Source: Proteromonas lacertae (lineage: Eukaryota). Taken from it: a stretch of 64,000 bases of DNA. A program made the position numbers and the translations under genes. The stretch covers positions 248,001 through 312,000 of the forward strand of contig NGBS01001163.1 of assembly GCA_002245135.1 (NCBI GenBank), given 5' to 3'. The notes beneath the pieces were generated by a model. That model was not told the DNA's origin, ran no database searches, and saw nothing but the letters and a program-made list of their open reading frames with translations. Of this stretch, positions 28,978-41,321 are shown in pieces (position 1 is the stretch's first letter; each line of letters begins with the position of its first letter).

Positions 28978-31900
28978 ATGTCATACAGTTTTGGAAACGA
29001 TGTATCTATTTATAAGACTACTATCCATTTTTCTATCCAATTTCTCTTATCTTTATACATTATTATATTTTAGTCTTTTGATACATCAGGATCTGCTCCT
29101 TATTGCGAAGTAAGTGGAGCTGGAATATCTATATTGGATGGAAGATACAAGTATACCCATTCAGTTAATCTTGATAGTCAAACCTCCTATGATGTGAATA
29201 ACGCACCTAAATATATTGGCCCATACGGATTTGAATTAGAAAGAGAATTAGTGAAAGGTTTGTGGAGTTGGACAATCAAAGATGGTTATTCACTTTACTA
29301 TATAGCAACATCAGAAGAACAATATCCTCCAACGAATGGTTGGAGAGTAGCACAAAGTGGGAAAGAACCACCACCAACAATAGTTTATAATGTATATAAT
29401 CATGTTAATATATATTATTTAGTATGGTGAAGTCTATCAGAACAATTATTACAGTCAAAATGACGGTAATGACAATTATATAGAAGATGAAGATGATTAT
29501 GATAGTGGAACAGAAGAATATTTCCAATCTCATTTATTTAAAGCAGCAGAATTAGGAGATTATGAAGAAATAGAAAAATGTTTAAATGATGAATGTGATG
29601 TAGATTTAGACAAAGATGATACTAATGAAACTGCGTTGATAATTGCATGTAGAGAAGGTCATAATCGAATATTGGAATTGTTATTAGAACATGATGGTTC
29701 TATTAATCCACATCCTATGATTGTTAATAATGGGTTACAAGTATATTTATAAACTTATTTATAATTGTCTTTATTGTCTTTATTCTTATTAATTTTTTAT
29801 ATAGGAAGCAATATCAAAGAATCGTCTAAAATGTGTTGAAATATTACTCAATAATCGAAATGGAAAGAAACTAATCAATACATCTGATAAAGAAGGTAAT
29901 TATCCTGTACATTTAGCCGCAACGAATGGTTCTGTAGATATAATGAAATTAGTAGTGGATAATGGAGGTGATATATATTCTAGAAATAGACAACAACAGT
30001 CTGTATTACATATTGCAGCTGCTAATAATCAATATCGTATATATTATTATTGTTATTATTATTATAAATAGAATTATGTCAATATATTCTTAATTTAACA
30101 GAGTCAAAGTTAATCAATGAGAGAGATATCGATGGTAATACTCCAATTCATTTAGCTATATTACATGATTATGAAACTATATGTATACTTTTAATAGATA
30201 ATAAAGTGAATATGGATATTACTAATAATGATAATTTAGATCCATTTGCATTATCAATTACAAAACAATCACAAAAATGCTTGAAATTATTTAATCAAAT
30301 ATTTGGTACAAGTCAAAACAAGCCTTTTAATTTAAATGGTGAAAAAGAAGAAGAGGAAGAACAAGAAGATACAGCAACCAGTATATATATTATATTATAT
30401 TATAGTATTATTATTTATATATAAATATAGATCCATTTCAATATGGTGATAAATTATGGGGTTATTATCTTACAACTAAACACAAATATTGTCCAGTTAA
30501 TTTCTCAGCTGATGGTGATTCAGGCACTTGGAGTGATTATCATTCATTCTTTGATTATAAAGGAAGACAATATTATTTATGTGCACAAACGAATGAATAT
30601 AGTTATAAAGATCCTAGAGGAAATGTATTTATTGTTATTATTTTGAATAGTTTTTTCTTGCTCCAATTGATGAATATTCACACAATAAATCACTCAATGA
30701 TTCAACCTCACTAGCAGATTCATCAATGAATAACAACAATAATGATAAATTACAAAAACAAATAGAAAAAATGAAAAAGAAAATAGAAATGTATAAAAAG
30801 ACAATTAATGAAATGCAAGATCAACATGAAGAAGAAAGACAGAGTATTTTAGATAAACATGAGAAGGATTTAAGAGAAAGAGATAGTAGAATTACCCAAT
30901 ACCAAACAGAAATAAAGATATTACAATCGAATATGGGTAATATTGGTAAAGAAAAAGAGGTACAAAAGAGAGTAAAAGAGTTAGAAAATGAGTTGGAAAG
31001 AAAGGAGAAAGAATTATCAAAACAGGAAGCTATGAATGAAGAATTGAATGAAGAGTTAAGTGAATTAAAAGAAAAAAGTGAAAAGACTAGAAAAGAAATG
31101 AGAGAAAAGCTACAAAGAGAAAAAGAAGAGTTGAAAGTATCTTATGAAGAAGAAAAGAATGAATTATTAAGGAAATTAGAAGAACAGATACAGAAATCAA
31201 AATCAATAGAAAACGGAATGACTGAATATAATGATGAAAAAGAAGATTTAGAAAGAGAATTAACAAACTTTGAAATTGGTTAATGAAGAAAACGAAAATG
31301 AGATAGAAGAGAAGAATGAGAAGATAAAAGAGTTGAATAAAACAATTGATGAATTAAGAGAGAATAATGAAAGAGAGATGGAAGAATTGAAGGAGAAATA
31401 TGAAAATGAAAAAGAAAAGATTAAAAGTTCATTAATGAGTGAAAAAGATACAACAATGAAGGATTATATAGAAAAAATAGAAAAATTAAAAACTGAAAAA
31501 AGTGAAACAAAAAAGAAGTATGAAAAGAAGAAAACTGAGTTAAAAACTGCCTATGAGAATAAATGGAAAGAAATGAAGAAAGAAACTAAAATAGAGATTG
31601 AAGATAAAGATAATAAAATCAAAGAATTATATAATGAAATATCAATAATGAAGGAAAAGTATAAAAAAGAAAAAGATGAAATAAAAATGAAAGAAGAAAT
31701 GGAAAAAGATGAATTAAAGAATAATTATAACAAAGAAAAAGATATAGAAATAAACAACCTAAAGAAAGAATTGAAAGAATATGAAGAAGAGATGGAAAAT
31801 ATGAGAATACAGTATGAAAAAGAGAAGAATGAAATAGAAGAAAAACTTGAAAATGAAAAGAAAGAATTAAAGTCAAATTATAATAATGAGAAAGATATTG

Positions 31901-33480
31901 AAATAAATAATTTGAATAATGAAATTATGAAGTTGAAAAATGAAATCGAAATGTTGAAACAACAATATAAGAAAGAAAAAGAGACTATAATAAATGAATA
32001 TGAAGCAAAAATAAAGGAAATGAAAGAGAATGAATTAGAAAGTGAAAAAGTAAAAGAAATGAGATTAAAAGATGAAGAAAAACAGAAACGAACAATCTCT
32101 AAAATAGAAGAAAATCATCAAAATGAATTAAATGAATTAAATAAGACAATAGAACAATTGAAAAATGAATTGAATGATAGTAAAAATCAAATTGTAGTAA
32201 CAAAACAATCCACTGAAAAACAGTTATTAAAAGAAAGACAAGTATATATTTTTTATATATTTTTTATTTATTACTAATATTTGTAATAGAAAGCTATCAG
32301 TAATGCATGTAAAGACTATCAAGTACAATTAGCTGAATTACAAGAATTATATATTAAAGAACACGAATGGAGAAGGAAATTACATAATGAAATAATTGAG
32401 TTAAAAGGTAATATTAGAGTATATTGTAGAGTCAGACCATTCAATAAAATGGAAATAGAAAAAGGATCAGAGAAATGTACTGAATGTGGTAGTGGTAATG
32501 ATCTTATTAAAATAAACGTATAGTTAATTTTTATATTATTTATTTATAGAAAGGTAGTTTTACCTATTCATTTGAATTTGATGCAATATTTGACGAAGAT
32601 TCTTCTCAGAAACAAGTATTCAATGAAGTTGAACCATTTATTACCTCTGCTCTAGATGGTTTCAATGTATGCATATTTGCTTATGGTCAAACTGGAAGTG
32701 GTAAGACTTATACTATGCAAGGACCAGATGATAATCCAGGTGTAAATCCAAATGCATTGAGTTTAATGTTTGATGAAATAGCAAAGAAAACAACAGTAGA
32801 ATATCATGTCTCTGTAAGTGTATTAGAGATTTATAATGAGACTATTATCGATTTATTAAAGGGAGGTAGAAATAATAGTGTTAATTTGAATATAAGACAA
32901 AGTAAAGAAGGTGGAAATTTTATTGAGAATTTGAGTGAAATTGGAGTCACTAGTTTCAGCGAAGTAATTGGTTTATTGAATACAGCTGGTAAGAATAGAA
33001 GTGTAGGATGTCATAATTTAAATGAACATTCATCTAGGTCACATCTAATCTTAACTGTTCATATCAAAGGATTTAATACAAAGACAAAGAAGAATATTTC
33101 CAGTATGATGAATTTGATAGATTTAGCTGGTAGTGAAAGGGCTGGAAAGACTGGTGTTACTGGTGAAGGATTTGAAGAAGCAAAAGCAATTAACAAAAGT
33201 GTATATATTATATTTATAATCTATTATTATTATTGTGATATAGTTGACATGCTTAGGATCAGTTATGAATTCTTTAGGCAAGAAAGAAAAGCATATTCCT
33301 TACAGAGATTCAAAACTAACACATGTGTTGATGGATAGTCTATCTGGACATTCAAAAACATTAATGTTTGTGAATATCAGTCCTTCTGCTTATAATCTTC
33401 AAGAAACTCTATCTTCACTTCAATTTGCTTCAAGATGCAGAAATGTAGAGTTAGGTCGTGCAGTTAAGAATGAACAATAA
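28978..33480 (+). CDS. Kinesin-14 (C-terminal motor) with N-terminal PP..GW domain, ankyrin repeats, WW-like motif and long coiled coil
   Basis: Motor: ELKGNIRVYCRVRP, FAYGQTGSGKTYTM, NEHSSRSH, LIDLAGSER, HIPYRDSKLT. Ankyrins: ETALIIACREGH, GNYPVHLAATNG, GNTPIHLAI. Glu/Lys coiled coil 30726-32277 with one frameshift at ~31275. Confidence 0.8.
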
Positions 33481-33581
33481 TTGATTTATTTTTATCTTTT
33501 GTTGTTGTGTTTTTAAAAATTATTTTGAATTTAGATACGTTTATTTATCCGTTTCATCAAAAATCATTTCTTTTTTATTTG

Positions 33582-34724
33582 ATGAATAAGATTCTTCTAT
33601 TTTGCTTTTTGTTTGCTACATCATTAGCATGTAACAATTATTGCAATGGACATGGTAAGTGTGGTGCTGGTGATAAATGTGCTTGTTTTATGGGTTGGGG
33701 AGGTGCTGACTGTAGTTTAAGAAGTTGTCCATATGATGATGCATTTGTTGATTTACCATTAGGTGATATAAACCATGATGGTAAAGTTGATGATAAACCA
33801 GCTAAAGACGAGTGGAGACCTAAAGGAGGTATTAATGAAAATTTAGACGGATATGTTACAGCCACTAGAGCACACAGATATGCTGAATGTTCAAATGTAG
33901 GTATTTGCAACAGAGATAAGGGTGAATGTGAATGTTTTGAAGGATATGAAGGTAGTGCATGTCAACGTCGTAGTTGTCCATCCAATGCTGAAGGTAAAGT
34001 GTGTAGTGGTCATGGTAGTTGTTTAACAAGTACAACAATCATTCATGATAATGTTGCTTCTGGTAGTACTGCTTATTATGGTTGGGAGAGTGAGAAATAT
34101 ATGAGTTGTTTATGTGATAAAGAATGGGAAGGAATTGATTGCAGTATGAGAAAATGTCCAAAAGGTGTTGATCCAGTTGAAGCAAATTCAGTAAAAGAAT
34201 TTGTTTATGCATTGAAATTAGATAATACAAATAAAGCAATAACAGATAAACCATTACAAATTACATATGATGATGTTGTTTATACTACTCCAGCTGTTAC
34301 ATTTACTGTTGATGGTTCTGAATTTAATGATAAATGTGATAAAACTACAGGAGTATTTAGTGGAAAAGACTTAATTACTACTCATTCTGCTGAATTGGAG
34401 AATATTAGAAGAGCATTATCAAATACACCACTTGCAAGAGCAACTGTAACTATTGGATGTAGAATAGAAACTAGTGGTAGTGTTAACTATGAAACTACAG
34501 CTCAACTTCTTATTTCTCTTCCACCAACAGATTATACTACATTTTCTAAGTCAAATGTAAAAGTAGATGGTTCAACTTCTGATTTTAACCTTATTCCTTC
34601 AACTACAGTAAATGAATATTTATGTAGTAGAAGAGGAACTTGTAATTCTGATACAGGTGAATGTGTTTGTTTCTCAGGATATAGTGGTGAAGCTTGTCAA
34701 AACCAAAGATCAATTGCCTTATAA
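33582..34724 (+). CDS. Secreted EGF/tenascin-like protein of the stramenopile Sig1/Ocm tubular mastigoneme family
   Basis: Signal peptide MNKILLFCFLFATSLA; CNGHGKC, DCSLRSCP..AFVD, AHRYAECSNVGICNR..GECECFEGYEGSACQR, DCSMRKCPKGVDP, C-terminal CSRRGTCN..TGEC.CFSGY. Confidence 0.8.
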   Translation: MNKILLFCFLFATSLACNNYCNGHGKCGAGDKCACFMGWGGADCSLRSCPYDDAFVDLPLGDINHDGKVDDKPAKDEWRPKGGINENLDGYVTATRAHRYAECSNVGICNRDKGECECFEGYEGSACQRRSCPSNAEGKVCSGHGSCLTSTTIIHDNVASGSTAYYGWESEKYMSCLCDKEWEGIDCSMRKCPKGVDPVEANSVKEFVYALKLDNTNKAITDKPLQITYDDVVYTTPAVTFTVDGSEFNDKCDKTTGVFSGKDLITTHSAELENIRRALSNTPLARATVTIGCRIETSGSVNYETTAQLLISLPPTDYTTFSKSNVKVDGSTSDFNLIPSTTVNEYLCSRRGTCNSDTGECVCFSGYSGEACQNQRSIAL

Positions 34725-34799
34725 ATTAGTGTAGAAACACACCAAAACATAAGAATTAATACAATAATTTATATAAAATATAATGTTTTATTTATATAA

Positions 34800-37700
34800 T
34801 TAATCAATATCAACAATGTCACTCGATAATACATTCAATTCTAAGAATGAGCTATCTTTACTCAATATATCATAGGAATCATCACTATTACATTTATAGA
34901 TTATACCCTCACAACTTCCATTATATATCTCATAATTATATTGCTTTTCCTTCCTTTCAATTATTGATTCAATGGTTGGTTTGGCATATGGATATAATTT
35001 ATTTAAATTAATACATTGTCTGTAACAATTGAATGAACTAGCATCAACTATTATATTCTCATAATCAATTTTATCAATCTTCTTATAATCAGGTTTTATT
35101 GTTTTTGTATTGAATTTCACTACACAACCTTCTTTATAATCTAAAAAGTTCAACTCTGATGGTAATTCTTTTATTTGCTTAACAGCTAACATACTATAAA
35201 TAGGAATACTTGAAAATGTTTCATCATTCAATTTCACTTCATATAAATTACTTTCACCTGGATTTGAACCACTACTGGATGAAGATGTACTGGATGATTG
35301 AATACTCATTTTTCTACTTCCATTTCTGCTTGAATCACTATTACTGCTACTGCTGTTAATGCCACTTGATCTTGATTGTCGACTTAACTCCTTTCTTGTT
35401 TTTAAAGCTGGTGGACAAGATATAATACATTTCTTATAAATATTTGTTTTATTTGTAACTTCTTTTACATTGTCATTTTTCAATAATGAACTTTCAACAT
35501 ACACTTCTTCTGATAGATTAAATGCAAATGTCAACATATTAAATGATTCATGTCTAACACCTTTAAACATTCGAATTTCACATTCTTCATTCATCAATTC
35601 TCTTGAGAATATTCCTTTATTGTATTTATAAGTACTAAGTCTTTGTTTTTCTAAAGCTTCATTCTTAGATGTGATTGTTACTCCTGTTTTTGTTGTTTTT
35701 TGAGTAGCTTCTGTTGCTTCTGTTTTGATTGTATCTACTGTTTTGGTTGTTTTACGACTTCTTATACTCTTTTCCATTCTATTTGTATCATTTGTTGTTC
35801 TTCTAATATAAACATCATCTCCACTATTAAATCTCATGAATTTCTGATAAACTTGTTCATCACTTAGTTTAAATTCAGTATTACCATTCTTTGGTCTTAC
35901 TATAAACCTCGCTTCTTCACTCTTTGTATCTCTAAATGATCTTATTACTACTCCTTCATATATCTTATTATTGTAATACCACATTACAACTTCACCAACT
36001 TCATGAGATTTTACTGGACGAATTGTATGCATTGCTAATTTCAGTAATTGTCCTGAAGTGTCATTCTTTGGTTCAACTAATATATAGCCTTCTCTTTGTT
36101 GAGATCTTATATAACCTGTATATAATCTCTCTTTCTTTTGATCATGGTAAATAACTAACTGATTGTTGAAATAAACTGGAAATACTTCAGATAATTGACA
36201 GATCAGTGGTTCTTCATCAAATAACAATACAGTATAACTATAATAAATGAATAAATAATAATATATACTCATCTTCATGATAATTACATTTCTTTACAAT
36301 TCCTACTCGATTTAAATCTTTTATTATTACCCAATCACCTTTCTGATAACCCAACGAGTCTAAGGTTTGACCATAATCTTTTATCTTTCTCAATGTGTTT
36401 GTAAATTCAGATAATTTACTCATTTCATCTTTCCATAGTATAATTATATCTTCAGTTATTGTTAATGGCTTTTCTTGAGCATCCTTTAAAGCTTTATTCA
36501 ATTGATCTTCTTTCGTTAACATCTCTTTTATATCATCCAATACTGTTATTGCTTTTTGAAGTATTTGATGAGCATTATACTAAAAAATAAATAATTATCA
36601 TATATAAATACATCCGTTGTTGAGGATAAATTCAATTTAGCTCTTGATAATATATTATCTCTTTCTGGATCAGATTCAAATGCTTTTATTTCACTTAAAT
36701 GCTCTTTACATTTTCCACCAATTTCAAGCAATTCTAATGAATGATCTTTTGTAACAAGATTCAATTGTTTTAATACTTTTATCAATTCCAATAATTTGGC
36801 TGTTTTCTTCTTACATTCTTCTACATCTTCTTTTACTACAGTTTCTCTATTGATATGTAATTTATGTTCACTATCTTTGATATATTTCTGATATTGTTCT
36901 TTTATTGATATGATGTTGTTATTCTCTAATACTTCTAAAATTTCTTTCTTTTTCGAATCTTCATTCTATACGATATAAAGATAAAAATAAAATAGATAAG
37001 AATATATATATATATACTGTTCTTAAATGGTTTAATGTAGTTTCCATATCAGTAAACTTGTTGTATGTCAAAATATAGGTGTCTCTTTGTAACTTTAAAT
37101 CAACTCTATTAACATAAATAATTATAATATATACAATGCTTTATCAAATTCTACAGCTATTTCTCTTTGTTTGAAAATATCTTCAATCTTCTTCAAATCT
37201 TCCACTATTGGTTTGACTTTCTCCACTTCCTTCTGACATTTATCAACATCATCCGATGTTATATTGTCTTTATTATTCATCTTATCTTCATAAGTTGTTA
37301 TAATATCACCAACTTCCTTTTGTAATTCTTTCAATTCTTGACCATATAGATTCTCAGCTCTATTTAATAAAAATAACGATAATAGATAATAAAATACATT
37401 AATTTAGTTTCTCTTGAAGCACAATCATCTATTTTAATATCATATAATTTATCATCCATATCAGAATAAGTATCATTTGAATATTTTATCACTCTTCTAT
37501 CTGCTTTTAATATTGTAATATATTCCTCTAATTGTCCATATAAATCTTTATCATCAACATTGGGAGTAGAAGGTCTACTTTCTTGTAATAATAATTCTAA
37601 GTCTGTATTTAAGGCATTTATTGATTTACTGGCTTCTTCACATTCATCTACATCATCTTGAGTTATATCATCACTATGATTTTGTATTTTATTTTCGTAA

Positions 37701-40052
37701 TTTTCAATTTGTTTGGATGTATCTTCATTTGATTCTGTTTAACTCTTTTCCTTCTAAATTGTTGAGTATATTTTCTATTTGTGGTGATAAATTCTCTTTA
37801 CTTTTTATTGTTCTAATGATTTTGTTCATGTCTTTGTTATTCTTCAATATATCAGATAATCTATTATTCTCATTCTTAAATTGATTTCTACAATATAATA
37901 AAACAAATAAATATATATATACACTTTGTCAATCAATTCATCCAAATTACTCGATTTAAATGCAATATCTGGGAATTTCTTATTATATAGACTAATCATT
38001 GTGTTACTATCTTCATTTAATATTTCATCTCTTGTCATTGATGGTAATATTTCGATATAATAATCATCGATTATCTCTTCAAATGCATCTTTCTGTTGTT
38101 CATCATTGCTCAATGATTCTAATTTCTTTGTTATTAATTCAATAGTATTCATTATCTTTTCCCAATAAGTGTATTTCTCAATATTACATCTTGAATATTC
38201 CACTACTCTCATCATCATTCCTTAATTCCATTGATTCTTTCTGATAATTCTTTACATTCTTTATATTACTTAATCTACTTGATAACTCTCCTTTCAATTG
38301 AGATTCAATTGCACTTTCATCTTTCTCATAGTTATAGAAATCTTTCATATAAGTCAATCTATTGATCTGTTCAATCATATCAGATCCATGAATCTCTTTT
38401 ATCTCTCTTTGATATTCATATATTATAGCTTCATAGTGATTTTGAGATTGTAATCTTCTCACTGTATTATTGGTTGTATGTTGAATTGAGTTTTCCAGTT
38501 GTTTTAATTGGTCATAATAGTCATTGTCATTCACATCAATTAACACTAAATCATTATTTGGTATTTCATTTGCAAATGGGATATTATTCACTATTTCATA
38601 ATTCCACCATTTATTTAAATAAGTTGCATAATAAGAACAACCAATAGAAGTTGAATCATCTAAATTCATTGTTTCAACCAATGCTTTTGCAGGATTACTA
38701 ACATGTCAAATAGTCAAGCAAAGTTTGTTTAATTATTGGTATTCTAATAGTTCCACCAGATAATACAATATCAAATTCAAAATCATTACCATCAGTATAA
38801 CTCTTTGCTTTTTCAACTGAATCTTTAACAATCTCTAAAATACAATTTTTCATTGTCATTTCTCCATTATTCATTATTATAATTAACATTACTATAATAA
38901 GGAAATTCAGATATATTCTTATTGCTAATAATATCATTTATAATCTCAGTTGAAAGTGATGTTTCATAATCATCACCATCTTCTAATATATCTTCAATTT
39001 GTATTGCTACTTCATCTGCACCAACCGCACTTAACTTCTCTTTTGCTTTTCTTAAGCTATTCATCATTGAGTAATACGTTCTTGGCTTTTTATCGAAATT
39101 CTCTACAAGATCATCTTCTTCAACATCTTCTTTTATTTTGCTGATTAAATATTGTAATAAATAATGATCAATTAATCTACCACCGATAATACTATTGTAG
39201 GAGTTTGATAATAATTCACATTTATCTCTCTATTAAATAAAAAAACTAGAGTAAATATATATACTGTATATTTAACGATTGTTGATGATGTTGATAAATA
39301 ACCAACATTTACAATACATATATATTTATTATCACCACTAATCCTTGTATTATTCTCAAATCCATAGGTTGTAGCTGTTGCTACATAATCTGGTATAATA
39401 TCCAATACATTAAACTCATCTGGAATAACTTTAATGATTAATTGTTGTAATTGATTCTTCATTGTTTCAGTAGTAGAAGGATGGAATTGTTAAAACACAA
39501 TTATAAGGTAATTTTGAGTTTTCTTTACGTAGCTCGATTATATTTTTCACTTTTTCTAAATAGGAGATATGAACATGCATCACAATTAAGTTTGAGTTGT
39601 TTGTCTTTTTCTGGGAAATTCGAAATCTATAATATTATACATATAGGTTCATACAGTATATCCAACAGTATTGTCATGAAGTAGTTCCATTGTATAATAA
39701 TTATTAGTTGAGAATAATCTTGTTTCTGACAAATCTTGGAATGCCCTTCGTCTTAAATCTACCACAGTACCAACACTGTTTTTACTATTACGATTCTCCT
39801 ATAATCAAGCATTAACCTAACAGAAAATATACCATTGTTACAGCAACAGATCCAACAAACCTTTGGAATTTGTCAAAAGAAGATACACATCTAAATAAAT
39901 TATTGTCAAAAAAAATACCTGGTTAGATGCTGAGAATTCTCATTTTCAAGTATTGAAGATCCATTCCCCTTCTTTATACCTGACTCATTGTTAGAAGACA
40001 CTACAATGTTATAGGAACCTATATCTATTCCATATATGTCATTTTCAGCCAT
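34800..40052 (-). CDS. Divergent Hsp70/Hsp110-family ATPase domain with long helical region and C-terminal Tudor/KOW-like repeats (may be more than one gene)
   Basis: YGIDIGSYN, ILENENS, VNVGYLST, AKEKLSAVGA, IVLSGGTIRIPIIK, TMNLDDSTSIGCSYYA; downstream co-oriented ORFs to 34800 are separated only by short introns or indels. Confidence 0.6.
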
Positions 40053-40217
40053 TTTAAAATATAGCTGTTGAAACGACTCTATTATATTAATTCATTTTTC
40101 TCATCACATAATTACAATTAACCAGAAATAATATCATGCACAAATATAACTGTCACAATTATTATCAAATCAAAAACAACATATACAAAATAATAATAAT
40201 AATAAAAATATCCTCAC

Positions 40218-41124
40218 TTATGGAGTATTCTTTCCAAAAATATCGTGTAACTTGTATACATCGATTGATTCTTGCTTATGATGACCATCTTTAGCAACAA
40301 TATAAACTACAGAATAAAAATCAAGAAACTATACCATTATTAATGCCACCAGATGCACTATCACGATGTGTAGCATGATAGATTGCTTTACGACCTAGTG
40401 TAACAGCTTCATCATCTAAAACAAAATAATTTCTAAAAAATACCTGTTAAATCAGGTCTATATTCAGCATCTAAAATACCATAAGCAAATAATGAACCAC
40501 TACCTACTGAAAAATATGGTCTTGTAGCTGAATATCTATATCTTGAACCTTCTGCATCAACATAATACAACATAGCTTTATCTCCATCAAATCCAGCAAG
40601 CATAGCACCAATGGATAAACCATAACCTCTGTAATAATAGACAACATTGTGGAATAGCTTTGATGCTGCTGTTACTGAGATTCTCTGTTTATTTCTTAGT
40701 TCAAAAAGACTATTTTTATAATATCTATGAATATATACTTGCAGTCACGTGTTAGATTTGATTCCCAGTATTGACAATCAGCTGCACCACCAGCCATTGT
40801 GCAAAGGATGTAGGGATTTACTTCAACAATTTTGTGAACAGTACCTGATGCAATATATCCTCCTTGTGTAGCACGAGAATCTACAGACACTATGATCTTT
40901 TCATCTTCTGGTGGTCCATAAATAAATGCAAGGGTTGTAGTTCCTTTCCATGGTTTTATAAAATTTTTCTGATCATCATACCTTGGCTTCAATTTATCAA
41001 AGCAGTATTTAGCTGGATTTTCTACAGCAGGAATCATAAATGTATTCATAGCTATAGAGTGCATCAAGTCATCCTGGGATTCTTCTTTTTCAGATGAGCT
41101 GAGCAAATTTAGATTGACTGGCAT
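40218..41124 (-). CDS. PSMB5: 20S proteasome subunit beta5 (chymotrypsin-like)
   Basis: Propeptide then [69 protein letters not shown]; three short introns. Confidence 0.95.
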
Positions 41125-41321
41125 TAAAAAAATAAGAAGAAAAGAATATGTGGGATTTCTAACAAGTTTCTAACACTTATTCAAATTAGATTTGAATCAG
41201 AATTTTAATCTTCGCATATGGCTTCGTTACTTCGCAAAAATTCAAATCTTCGTTCTGTAAGTGTCACTCAGAACATAATTAGAGAAGTTATATTTCATTC
41301 CAACACTCATTCTTCTCTTTC

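Noticed and set aside
30726..32277. Internal repeat (NYN.EKDIEINNL twice) suggesting a repeat array
   Set aside because: Ordinary coiled-coil duplication within the kinesin stalk; no spacer structure, so not CRISPR-like.
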